A DNA stretch of 64,000 bases from the human T2T-CHM13v2.0 reference genome, Homo sapiens: NCBI RefSeq assembly GCF_009914755.1, contig NC_060948.1, one strand, 5' to 3'. Every line of letters starts with the position of its first letter. Within the stretch, counting starts at the first letter, position 1. Positions 34,012-46,715 of the stretch are shown here, one piece after another. Made by a program: the position numbers and the translations under genes. The notes under the pieces are model-generated. The model had not been told where the DNA came from, ran no database searches, and saw only the letters and a list, made by a program, of their open reading frames with translations.

Positions 34012-34280
34012 GTCTGTCACCCAGGCTGGAGTGCAGTGGCACAATCTCTGCTCACTGCAACTTCTGCCTCCTGGGTACAAGCGATTCTCCTGCCTCAGCT
34101 TTCTGAGTAGCAAGGACTACAGGTGCACACCATCACGCCTGGCTAATTTTTGTACTATTAGTACAGACGGAGTTTCACCATGTTGGCCAGGCTGGTCTCG
34201 AACTCCTGACCTCAAATGATCCGCCCACCTCGACCTCCTAAAGTGCTGGAATTACAGATGTGAGCCACAATGCCTGGCCT
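34012..34280 (-). mobile_element. AluS lacking its tail, fused to plus-strand Alu head fragments (33968-34011)
   Basis: Reverse Alu begins TCTGTCACCCAGGCTGG with no poly(T). Confidence 0.85.
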
Positions 34281-34822
34281 TATTTTCTACAACTTTGGTA
34301 ACTTTAGCATATACCCCAAATCTGTAAGACATAATATTATAATTCAAATGCAACTCATGGCTTCTCATTGTACTCTTTCTCTAGCTTTTGAATTATTTAT
34401 TCTAATATCAGTTTTAATTCTGACACAATAGCATGGGAGTTCTAATCAAAATCCAACCTTTTATCATAAAAACTATGAAGAAATTATGAGTAGAATTTAA
34501 AAAGGAAAATAGGCCTATTAATTAGATTTGTCTTTGTAGCATTTAACTCTATAATAAATAATATTTTATGCCTATGAGTCCCCAACAAAGCCTCCAGCTT
34601 CTATTTAGATATAAAACGTAAAAGTCACTACTGGATCCACAAGCAAGACTATGGTAAAGAAATTTCTCCACCTAACCAGCTTCTTTTACATGATGTTACA
34701 TGTTTCTTTTGTTTTTTTCATTTTGGCAAATATTGATTGTCATCTTCGTGTTTGTCTATGTCCTAAGTGCTGGGATACAGAATCTGAAAACATGGACACA
34801 GGACCTGCCTTCAAGTTCACCC

Positions 34823-35170
<348 letters not shown>

Positions 35171-35282
35171 TAAGCAAGCCAATTTTTAAAATGAGAACTG
35201 CAATTAGAGTTAAATGCTACAAAGACAATCTCACAGGAAGATGGGATGCAGAATGATAAGGCTTTCAGAATAGTAAGAGAAA

Positions 35283-35465
35283 TTATTGTTTCTTACGATG
35301 TTTGTCTTTCTTTGTATCAGTGCTCAGCTGAGTCTGCAGTGCTTCAGAGGCAGCTTTCATTTTATAAAAATCTATGATTTCTCCTTCCAGTTGTTTTTTC
35401 TCTTCCTCGAGCTTCCTTATCTCCTCCTGCTGAATCATTTTAAGATGCTCGAACTTGTCCTGCAG
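35283..35465 (-). pseudogene. SEPTIN14P: SEPTIN14 terminal coding exon (unprocessed partial duplicate, SEPT14P family); C-terminal coiled coil
   Basis: Acceptor TTGGTTTCACAG|CTG; translates [60 protein letters not shown], which I recognise as the SEPT14 C-terminus. No upstream septin GTPase exons are in the window. An internal donor CATC|GTAAGA at 35297 defines a 169-nt exon. Confidence 0.9.
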
Positions 35466-35634
35466 CTGTGAAACCAATGTGCAGTTGTGACACCAAAGCA
35501 GTGTGGCTGAACACCCAAAAGAATATGCTTTTTTCTGATTATCAAACAAACCCAAATCATCACAGTAGAGCATGATCTTACTAATAATCTCAAAAACTCA
35601 GGAGTAAACACTCAGATATGGAATTTTTCTTTTC

Positions 35635-35916
35635 TTTCTTTTTTCCTTTTATAAGATGGAGTCTCACTCTGTTGCCCAGGCTGGAGTGCACTGGTGCGAT
35701 CTCAGCTCACTGCAACCCCCATCTCCCAGTTCAAGTGATTCTCCTGCCTCAGCCTCTTGAGTAGCTGGGACTACAGGCATGCACCACCACTACAGGCGTG
35801 TGCCACCACACCTGGCTAATTTTTGTATTTTTAGTAGAAATGGGGTTTTGCCATGTTGGCCAGTCTGGTCTTGAACTCCTGACCTCAGGTGATCCTCCCA
35901 CTTTGGCCTCCCAAAG
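35635..35916 (-). mobile_element. AluS with an internal 19-bp duplication (TACAGGC...CACCAC x2)
   Basis: Seen directly. Confidence 0.85.
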
Positions 35917-35917
35917 A

Positions 35918-36130
35918 CTTTTTTTCTTTTTTAATATAGAGACAAGTTCTCAGTATATTGTCCAGGCTGGTCTCAAACTCCTGAGCTCAAGTGATCCTCC
36001 CACCTCAGCTTCCCAAAGTGCTGGGACTGACTGGATGCAGTGGCTCATGCTTGTAAACTCAGCACTTTGGGAGGCCAAGGTGGGAGGATCGCTTGAGCCC
36101 AGGAGTTCAGGACCAGACTGGGTGATATAA
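35918..36130. mobile_element. Two head-to-head Alu left monomers (minus 35918-36028, plus 36029-36130)
   Basis: CCTGAGCTCAAGTGATCCTCCCACC... followed by GCAGTGGCTCATGC...CTTGAGCCCAGGAGTTC. Confidence 0.75.
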
Positions 36131-36238
36131 CACAATAGTAAACTTCAACAGGAGAGAGAATCTGTAAACTTGAATATAGATCTTCTGAAATTATCCAGTC
36201 AGAGGATAAAGAAAAAAAGAATAAAAAAGAGAAAAGAA

Positions 36239-36661
<423 letters not shown>

Positions 36662-37017
36662 TTAAAGAATGGCTGAAAACTGCCTAAATCATAGGAAAGA
36701 TTTAGACATCTAAACCCATGAAGCTTAAAGATTCCTAAAGAGGTTCAAACCAAATAGATACTCACCAAGTCACAATATAATCAAATAGTCAAAAGTTAAA
36801 GAAACTTTGCAGGTCAGGACAGAATCGAATAATACATTCAAAGTGCTGAAAGAAAAAAACTGCCAGCAACTAATACTATGTCTGACAAAGCTGTCCTTCA
36901 GATAGAAAGAAGAAATAACATGTTTCCTCGACAAACAAAGCTGAGGGCATTCAGGACCACTAGGTCTACCTTAAAAAAAATGCTTAACGGAGTTTTTCAA
37001 GTAAAAATGAATGAAGT

Positions 37018-37252
37018 TAGGAGCGGTGGCTCATGCCTGTAATCCCATTTTGGGAGGCCGAGGTGGGTGGATCACCCGAGGTCAGGAGGTCAAGACCAGC
37101 CTGGCCAACATGGCAAAACCCCACCTCCAGTAAAAATACAACAAATCGCCAGGTATGAAGGCCACTGAGATCGTGCCACTGCACTCCAGCCTGGGTGACA
37201 AGAGTCAAACTACATTTCAAAAACAAAAAACAAAACAAACAAAAAAACAAAA
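37018..37252 (+). mobile_element. AluS with an internal deletion of the right arm
   Basis: Left arm, jump to CTGAGATCGTGCCACTG, (AAAAC)n tail. Confidence 0.85.
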
Positions 37253-39639
37253 CTTGAGGTCTGTCCTTCTGCTCCTCTCCAACCCCCCCTTCTCTGGGCC
37301 CAAGCCACCTTGGCTGAGGAGGGGGCAAGGAGGTGTGGGCCCCTGCCAGGAACCCTGTGCCCAGACCAAGTACTCAGCCCCCAGGCCTGCGTTCAGTGAG
37401 GCCTCCCGTGGCGTCAGCATGTTCGTGTGGAGCAATGTGGAAGGTCACTCTGTGGCCATGTTCCCCTGGTACTCCATCCCCTTCCTGAACCCTCCCTGCA
37501 GCCACACGAGGCCCAGCAACCTGCCAGTCACTCAGTGGCCTCCAACCAGAGAAAACAACCTGCCAAGTTGGCAGCTGTTGCTCACGAGCATCCACCAGGT
37601 GGGACAGGGAGTGTTGACCCTGGGCGGCCCCCTGGAGCCACCTGCCCTGAAAGCCCAGGGCCCGCAACCCCACACACTTTGGGGGTGGTGGAACCTGGTA
37701 AAAGCTCATCTCCCACCATGGAGGAGGAGCCCTGGGCCCCTCAGGGGAGTCCCTGCTGGACAGTGAGACAGAGAATGACCATGATGATGCTTTCCTCTCC
37801 ATCATGTCTCCTGACACCCAGTTGCCTCTACCACTCAGATGATGTCAGGCCCAGTTCCTCAGTGCCCTGCACAAGGAACAGGGCTCATCTTCTGAGAAGG
37901 ATGGACGCAGCCCCAACAAATGGGACAAGGACCACATCCGGTGTCCCATGAGTGGCGGTCATGATCTTCAGCAAGCGGCACCAGGCCCTGGCAGGGCACA
38001 CCAGGGTCACCCCAACCAGGATAACTGGACCGTCAGCCAGATGCTGAGCAAGCGGTGGTACACCCTGGGGCCCAATGAGAGGCAGAAATACCATGAACTG
38101 GCCTTCCAGGTGAAGGTGGCCCACTTGCAATAAGGACTGAAAGAAGTTCAGCTCAGAGGCCAAGCCCACAAGCCAGGGGCTAGCAGGAGTGTAACAAAGG
38201 CTCGTGGGAGTGGAGCATGTCAGAGACTGGCACTGCCACTGCCCCTGGGGTGTCCTCTGAACTCCTGTCAGTTGCAGCCCAAACACTCCAGAGCTCGGAT
38301 ACCAAGGAGCAGCTTCTGTGGGGCAGAATGGCTGCACACAGTCAGGGAACCTGGCTCAGCCTGGCCCAAGCCTTCTCCCACAGGGGGGTACACAGCCTGG
38401 ATGGCAGGGAAATAGACCATCAGGCACTACAGGAACTGACACAGGTGGTATCTGGCACTGCATCATACTCTGGCCCAAAGCCTTCTACTCAGTATGGAGC
38501 TCCAGGCCACTTTGCAGCCCCTGGTGAGGGAGGTGACCAGTGGGCAGCCCTGCTGCTGCCCACCTGAGCTGGTCATTCCCAGCACATGGCCAGTGAGGAC
38601 ATAGCGAGTGACAAGGAGCACACGGTCATCCATGAGGAATAGGGTGTGATGATGTCATTGCTGATGATGGCTTTAGCACCACTGACACTGATCTCAAGTT
38701 CAAGGAGTGGGTGACCGACTGAGAGTGGGGACAACTCTGGGGAGGAGCCAGAGGGCAACAAGGGCTTTAGTGGGAAGGTATTTGCACCTGTCATTCCTTC
38801 CTCCTTTACTCCTGCTGCCCCTTGCTGGATCCTGAGCCCCCAGGGTCCCCCGATCCACCTGCAGCTTTTGGCAAAGTCTATGGTCCCACCCTGTCCTCCT
38901 CCTACACATACTCGGATGCTTCCTCCTCAATCTTGGCACCCACCTCCTTCTTACTGGGCCCAGGAGCCTTCAAAGCCCAGGAGTCTGGTCAAGGCAGCAG
39001 AGCGGGCCCCCTACAGCCCCTACCCCTGGGGATGTGGACCCAGGGATGCCTTCCAAGGTGACCTGTTTCCTCCCAATGGATCCTTCCACCTTCTGGTGCA
39101 AGAGACCTGAAAGTGTGGGTGACCTGGAGCTACCAGGCTCCTCAGTCATCAGGGTCCCTCCCAACACTAAGGCTTTCCTAGGCAGGAGCTGGGCTGAGCC
39201 ACCTGGGGGGCAGAGCCTGAAGAGAAACTGACTGGGCTTTTGGGGTCGGGGAAGAGGGAACCCCACAGACATGGATCCCACACTGGAGGACCCCACCACA
39301 CCCAAATGCAAGATGAGAAGATGCTCCAGCTGCAGCCCAAAGCCCAACACCCCCAAGTGTGCCATGTGTGATGGGGACAGCTTCCCCTTTGCCTGTACAG
39401 TTGGAGAAGCCAAGGACAGGCTCAGGGAACTGGAGACCGAGTAGGCGCTGTCCTCTTCACTGCACGCGCCCTGGACCAGTGCCAGCCCTGATCATGCAGC
39501 ATTTCCAGGCCCCCTTCTTCTTCCTGTCCACTAGGCCACAGCCGCCCTCCAGGCCCACTATGTACACATCTTCCCCTCCAAGGTTTGTTCTGCCCCTGCC
39601 CTGACTCCCAGCCCTGTGGGGGTCCTGACCACACCTCAC

Positions 39640-39990
39640 CTGGCTCAGACTCTTGACGCTGCCCTGGCTGCCCCACCACTGCCTCTGCCTGAGAGTCACA
39701 TGAGGCTGAGAGTAGGGGCAGGGGCAGCAGTGGTGCCAGTTGGGGGGCGGTCCAGTGGGAGGAGCCTCAGCCTTGTGGGCTGCTCCATGGGACTGATGAC
39801 TGCATGATCTTCTGGGCACCTCATGGATCTTCAACTGCAGGTGAAACAGATGCTGGTGGTGGCTGCAGGGCCGCTGGGAGCTGCTGCATGGGTCCCAGAG
39901 GCTGGACTGGGGCAGGTGCCAACTGAAGCTGCTGGGGCAGCAAGGGCAGGATGTTCTGCACACAAACCTTGGAAAAGAAGGTGTGTGCAT
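39640..39990 (-). ncRNA. Putative upstream exon of the minus-strand transcript (5' end undefined)
   Basis: Strong donor CAG|GTGAGG at 39640/39639. Confidence 0.5.
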
Positions 39991-40292
39991 AGCGGGTCCA
40001 CTGCTGCTGCCCCTGCCCTGACTCCCAGCCCTGCCTGACCCCACCTCACCCTGCTTAGGCTCTGGCGCAACCCTGGCTGCCCTGCCACTGCCTCTGCCCC
40101 AGAGTTGGGGCCTTGACAGCCTGGCTGGAAGGGGACACCCTAGCCTTGCCTCAACACCTGGGGGTCTCCATAACTACCACAGGCAGGTAGGCGACCCCAA
40201 AGAAGATCCCAGGACTCACAGTACAACCTGAGAACATGGACAGTATGTGGGGGTAGCAATGGAGGGCAAGATGGTTATCTTCTCCCAGGTAA

Positions 40293-40640
<348 letters not shown>

Positions 40641-41247
40641 AAGGCCTGCTCCTCTTATCTATACCCCCTACCCCTGCAGCTGTGCCAGGGGAAAGCTGGG
40701 CAGTTTCCCTCCTCCGAGCCCCTGTACATTCCATGAATTGTGGGACCTTCACAGCTTTTCACTTTTCAGAAAATAGTTCCTGCTGGGGCTACAAGATGGA
40801 GTGTGAAGAGGGCTTTGGGCCACAGGGAGGCGACTGTGGACTAGGGGGAGTTCATGCACCCCTTCTTTCCCCAGAGGGGCTGGACTCAGGTGAGTATGGG
40901 GGTGGGGGCTCCTGCACTTCGACACAGGCGGCAGGAGGGTTTTCTCCCCATTCCCTCTGCACTCCCAACTTGAGCTGTACTTTTTAAGAAAGTGATTCAC
41001 CCTGCCTTTGCCCCCTTCCCCAGAACAGAACACGTTGATCATGGGCGATATTTTTCATTGTGCCAAAAAGTTGCCATGACCATCATTAAACCTGTTTAAC
41101 ACCAAATAATAAGGAAAATAAAATAAAAAATTCAGGCTTGGTGCAGAAACTCACTCCAAATAAATTACCTACCAAAATATTTATATAATGGTGGAAATAT
41201 TCCAAAATTCCATATTTTGGGATTTATACACAAAAGATAAACAAATT

Positions 41248-42470
41248 AGAGGCCAAGAGGCTGCCGGAAGGGAAAAACGGGGCCTGGAAAGGCCGCTGTG
41301 AGGAATGAGCTGGGCCTAAAGAGGCCACTGGCAGGCAGGAGCTGGACCTGCTGAAGTGGCCGAAAGGCAGGAGCTTTGGACCGGGGAGGCCGCAGTGAGG
41401 CGAGAGCTAGCTGGGCTTGGAGAGTCCGCTGTGAGGCCAAGGCCGGGCCCGTGCAGGCCTTCAAGAGGCAGGAGGCCAGGCCTGCAAAGGCTGACTGGAG
41501 GTCAAGTTCGGGGCCTGAAGAGGCCGCCAAAAGTCAAAAGCAAGGCCTGGGAAGGCCGCCGAGAGCCATGAGCTGGGCTGGGCCAAAAGAGGCCACTGGG
41601 AGGCAGGAGGAGCTGGGCCTGGAGAGGCTGACTCGAGGAAGTTTTGCACCTGGAGAGGCCACCGAGAGGACGGAGCTGGGCCCAGGGAGGCTGACTTGCA
41701 GCTCTTCCAGGCCCACTTCCAGGCCGACTTGAGGAAGACTTGGGCCTGCAGAGGCAGCCAGGAGGCTGGAGCTGGTCCTGGAGAGGCCAACTTCGGGACG
41801 ATTTGGGCCTTCAGAGGCTACCAGGAGGCCCAAGCTGGGCCTAGAGGAGCCCACCAACCGGAGGCTGTTTGGGGCCTGCAGATGCCATTGGAGGGTAGGA
41901 GCTGAGCCTGAAGAGGCCACCGTGAGGCCTGAGCTGGGCCTGGGGAGCTTGGCTTCGGAAAGTTGTGGGCCTACCAGGGCCCCTGGGAGCTGGGCAGGAG
42001 CTGAGTCCAAAGACGTTGTTGGGAGGCCGGAGTCGGGCCTGGAGACACAGCCGGGAGGAAGAGCTGGGCCCGGAGAGGATGCCAGGAGGCTGCAAGTGGG
42101 TCTGGAGAGGCTGACTTGAGGAGGCCCGTCCTCTGCCTCCCGCATGGCGGCCTCTGTAGGCCCAGCTGTTCCTCCTGGCTGCATCTCCCAGCCCAGCTCC
42201 TGCCTCCCAGCAAACAAGCTCTTTTGGCTCAGCTCCTGCCGGCCTTTGTAGACCCCGAAGTTTCTGCAACCAAGCTCTTCAGGCCCACATCCCACCTCCC
42301 AGAGGCTTGAACAGTCCCAGCTCCGGCTGGAGAAGAGCGTCTGCAGGCCCCACTGTTGCCTCCCAGGGGCGTCTCCAGGCCCAGCTCTCACCCCACTGTG
42401 GCCTCCCAGGCCCAAGTCCCTGCCTGCCTCCCAGCAGCCCGCATGTGACCCTGCTCCTCCCTCACGGTGG
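41248..42470. repeat. GC-rich degenerate tandem repeat (~35-40-bp unit, core GAGCTGGGCCTGGAGAGGC) whose orientation flips at ~42120
   Basis: The core recurs through 41250-42120; its reverse complement (CCTCT..AGGCCCAGCT) recurs through 42125-42440. Confidence 0.75.
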
Positions 42471-42476
42471 CCTGTT

Positions 42477-42700
42477 GAGGAAGGGGCTCACACTGACCTC
42501 TCTCAGTGTGGGAGGGGCCGGTGTGAGGCAAGGGCTCACGCTGACCTCTCTCAGTGTGGGAGGGGCCGGTGTGAGGCAAGGGGCTCCCGCTGACCTCTGT
42601 CAGCGTGGGAGGGGCCGGTGTGAGGCAAGGGGCTCCCGCTGACCTCTGTCAGTGTGGGAGGGGCCGATGTGAGGCAAGGGGCTCCCACTGACCTCTGTCA
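42477..42700. repeat. 49-bp VNTR, ~4.6 copies, truncated
   Basis: Unit GAGGCAAGGGGCTC(A/C)C(A/G)CTGACCTCT(C/G)TCAG(T/C)GTGGGAGGGGCCGGTGT. Confidence 0.95.
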
Positions 42701-42760
42701 TGCCACTGCACTCCAGCCTGGGTGACACAATGAGTCTCTGCATAAAAAAAAAAAAAAAAA
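42698..42760 (+). mobile_element. Alu 3' fragment with poly(A)
   Basis: TCATGCCACTGCACTCCAGCCTGGGTGACA...A-run. Confidence 0.85.
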
Positions 42761-42867
42761 TTCCTGCCCTTATGACTTACTTACAGGAGACAGATAATAA
42801 ACAAAACAAGTAAGTAAAATAAGTAGCATATCATATAGTGATAAGTAAAAGAAAAAGCAGGGCAGTG

Positions 42868-43150
42868 GGGTGGGGTGCAATGGTTTGTGCCTGTAATCCC
42901 AGCAATTTGGGAAGCTGAGGCAAGAGAATTGTTCCAACCCAGGAGTTTGAAACAAGCCAGGGCAACATAGTGAGTCGCCACCTCTACAAAAACATTTAAA
43001 AATTACCTGTGCATGGTGGTGCATGCCTGTAGTCCCAGCTACTCAGAAAGTTGAAGCAGGAAGATCACTTGAGCCCAGGAGTTCAAGGTTACAGTGAGCT
43101 ATAATTGCACCACTGCATGCCAGCTTGGTGACAGAGTGAGACCCAGGATC
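42868..43150 (+). mobile_element. AluJ
   Basis: CTTGAGCCCAGGAGTTCAAGGTTACAGTGAGCTAT. Confidence 0.88.

Positions 43151-43151
<1 letters not shown>

Positions 43152-43198
<47 letters not shown>
43152..43198. repeat. (CA)n microsatellite in the Alu tail
   Basis: Seen directly. Confidence 0.95.
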
Positions 43199-43199
<1 letters not shown>

Positions 43200-43399
43200 C
43201 CAACAACCAAAAAAAAAAAAGGGATGGGGACTAGGCTGACTGGGCTGGAAGGAATCACAATTTAAAATACAGTCGTCAGGAAAGACCTTACTGAGAAAGA
43301 GATAGTTAAGCAAAGACATGGAAACAGTAAGTTGTATCAGAATGTCATTAACCCTGACGCTCCAAGGGTTCGTGGGAGAGTGACGATTTTTGAAAAGTC

Positions 43400-43880
43400 A
43401 TTGTGTCAGGACTCTTTTTGTTGTAAATGACAGGAAAATAGGCTCACCATGACTTCAGCAAGAAGGGGGAATGTATTAGTTCAAGGAATTGAAAAGTCCA
43501 GGTCAGGCTGGAGTCAGGGGTCAAACGACGTCATTGGGACACGACCTAGTTCATTGTGCATTTCTGCTTTTTCTGTGGTGGTTTATTTTCTAGTTCCATA
43601 TGGAGGTAGAATGGCTATCAGCAACCCCAGGCCAACATCCTGCAGAGTTCAAACCTAGAATGGAAGAGAGAGTGCCTCTTTACCATCAGGCCAAGCAAAA
43701 GACTCAGTGCACCTTATTGGGTCACAGGCTCATCTGGGCTCATCTGAACACTTGACTATGATCGGGAACATATGGTTCTGAACGGCTGGGCTCAGTCACC
43801 TGCCTAACCCTGGAGTCACAGGGAGAGTTAACATACTGACAGTAGTGGAAGGTGGGGCCCCAAGGAAATATGGGGTGTTG
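43400..43880 (-). mobile_element. Old MLT1 (J/K-like) LTR fragment
   Basis: GTCAGGACTCTTTTTGTTGTAAATGACAG start typical of a reversed old MLT1. Confidence 0.45.
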
Positions 43881-44389
43881 ACTGCAGAGTAGAGAAAGCA
43901 GCAAGTATACATGATATCACTGATCTAAAAATAATTTCTTTTATGATATTGCATAAATTGTTGATGCAGTTTGCTCCATGCCCAAAGGGTGGTTAATAAC
44001 AGATTACAGATTTCTCCCTAAGAGACAATCTACAGACAGCGTAAGCTCCTTCAGTGGGAGTCCTAGACTGGGGTCCCCTGTCACTACACAGGACATGTGA
44101 GCAGCACATTCACAAGCTCTCAGAGCTTCAAGGGTGGCTGGATGTTTGGTTTTATACTGTGACCTCTTGTGCTTCCTCCGTGGGCTTTAGTGGGCCACAT
44201 CACAAGTGCCTGACATCTCCAGTGTCAGAAGCTCAAGGCTTTTAGAGTCTTGTTCCACTTAGGCTGACCTGTTACCTATGGGGCCTGACAACATTCTAGA
44301 GACATGGTCCTAAATTCTGAAAACCTAGTCCACTACTTGAGTAAAATCTTGGTGTTTTTCTAGGAAACTGCGTTTTCACGCTTTGATGT

Positions 44390-46715
44390 TAGACAGCCCT
44401 GGGGCTAGATTTTGACTATCACTTACCTGCTGGGGGACTCTGAACAAGTCATGTGACTGACTTCTTGAGTCTCAGGTTTAATATTTGCATAATGAGGTCA
44501 TTAAAATGAGTAAATAAATGACCAAGTATAAAGAATCTAGTAACAGCCCGGCATACAGTGGGAGCTCAGAAAATTTGTTTCATTTTTTTCCACTTCCCTG
44601 CTCCCTTTTTCCATGAGGCCATTACCAGGCTTCCCTGGAGTCCATGTTATGCAACTTGAAGATAAACCTGTCAAATAAAAAGGAAAGGAATGAAAGGGAT
44701 GGGTAAATGAACCCTGGGGCAGAGCTGGGGGATGTGTAGTTGAGTGGAAAATCATAGACTTTGGAATAAAACTGAATTTTAAATACAGGCCCCATCCCTT
44801 GTTAGATAGAAGGCCTTGGAAAAATTACTTAATATTCCAGAGTCCCAATACCCACAATGAGAAAACAATTACTGCTGTTTACAGAGGCTGTGAAGGTTAG
44901 TTGAAATAATGTAACCTGGCACACAGTAGGCCTTCGATGAGTCCTAGTTCTCTTTGTTTGCAAAAGTAATTTAATACTTGGGTGAAAGTGATTGACAATC
45001 AAGACACTTACACACAAAAATGCCCAGAGAAAATTATTTTCCTGAAGGCTCAAACATCCAGACTTTTGCTTGTTCTCCTCCCTTTTTGCTTGTGCAATTT
45101 TTTCCCCTTATGTTGGAGGCTGGGAAATAAAAGTCAGTCAACAAAGCCGTACTGACAACCTGTCATGCCCGAAGAGAATACTATGTGTTATGGATGGGAA
45201 ACCAAATCAGACATAATCCTTGTCCTTGAGAAGGTTTGACTTAATTGGGGGAAATAAAACATGCAAAAGAGGTTATTTAAAATGCTTATGAATAGCCTGC
45301 TGACCAAATGCCAAGGTAGACCATGAAGGAGTGACCAGGTTTGGATGTGAAAAGTCAGGAGGGTTTCTAAGGACAGAGATTAGCAGGGAGGAGAACCCCC
45401 AGCAGAAGCCTAGGGGTGGAATGAAAAACCTCCTGCCTCTGGGATGGTGACCTCATTGACTTATCTGCACACCAGGAAGGCATTGTGTAGAGGTCATGAG
45501 ATAACAAGTCAAGAGGCTCTTGAGCAATCAAATGAGGTCAATCACAGGCCTATGTTATTACCTGTTACTAGTGCTGGTAACACAAACAAATCCAGTCTCC
45601 CAAACTGACTGGTTGGAAAAAGAGCTTAAACTTTCATCCACTATAAGGTGGGGACCATTCCTCTTATGAGTTTTTTATGTACATCTGAACTTCCTGGCAA
45701 TTCTTACATAGAAGTAAAACTACACATCTCTGTGTAGTGTTGCATTGAACAAGACCTGAAACTCCATCAGGTACCTCATGTCAGTATAGTAATGGTGCCA
45801 CCTCTTACTGGAGCTTAAATCACTGGATCTTCCCACGTCCACAATTAAGGACAGAGGATGCTGGTCTATGCTCCCAAGCCCACCTTAGTGTCTGAATAAA
45901 ACCCTCCTCCGTGCCCCTCTCTACAGCTGGGTGTTATTGTGGCATGATGGCTATGAGCTGGCTCTGTTTCTCACTGGCTGTGTGAAACTTAGCCAGCTAA
46001 ATAGGAGGATGATAATACTAGTGGTAATTCTTTCCTGTAATTGTAATTAATTGGGAGGTAATTAATTTAAAAGGCTTAGCATAGTGTCTGGCACACAGTA
46101 ATCACTTACTAAATAGTACTTATTATCTTAAACTAGCTTGAAGTTTGGACACTATTTTTCTCTAGAGCAGAAAGGGCAGATTTATGTGACCCAGAATGGA
46201 GGGGAGCTCCATTCATTAGGAATGGATCTAAACCCAGAGGTGATTCTAGCATGGTAGAGTGGAGAATCTTCTACCTTTACTCTTACAGCATATTTGAATG
46301 TTTGAAGCACTCTTTGGTGGGAAGGTTAATGGAAAGACTCAGTGGAGTGTGTGTATAATTTTTTTTTTTGAGTATTCAAAGTACAGCAACTTTTTCAGAG
46401 CATTGCTTAGAAATGGACATGTGTGTGTGTAAGTTATGCATAAATGAAAATATAAATAAATATATATATAGTTTTATACATATAAGTAAGTTTATTAATT
46501 TTCAATATGATGGATCTGATGCCACTGAAGACAGAAAGACTCAGCACGGCTTTACCACAGACTAAATGTGTGATCTGGAGAAAGTTATTTAACCCCCATC
46601 TCAGTTTCCTCAATTGTAAATTGTTATTATTATCGAACTCAGAGGCTTATCGTGAGGATTAAACGAGATACCAAATGAAGTGTGCCTGGCCCACAGATGT
46701 TAAATGAGAGTTTAA
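44390..46715 (+). mobile_element. Cluster of MIR fragments (~44390-44575, 44740-44945, 45950-46120, 46545-46715)
   Basis: MIR core motifs (TCTCAGTTTCCTCAATTGTAAA, GTGAGGATTAAA, AGTGTCTGGCACACAGTA). Confidence 0.6.

Noticed and set aside
35283-35573. 96-aa ORF as a complete gene
   Set aside because: The first 36 codons are intronic read-through upstream of the acceptor at 35465; only the SEPT14 last exon is homologous.
37155-39604. Functional CIC gene
   Set aside because: Start codon mutated, intronless, many frameshifts, HMG box broken, centre deleted and scrambled.
41534-42415. 293-aa minus-strand ORF as a real CDS
   Set aside because: Arises from a GC-rich degenerate repeat; no recognisable domain; overlapping ORFs in several frames.
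42477-42700. Regular repeat resembling a CRISPR array
   Set aside because: Units are contiguous with no unique spacers, the context is primate and there are no cas genes; it is a VNTR.
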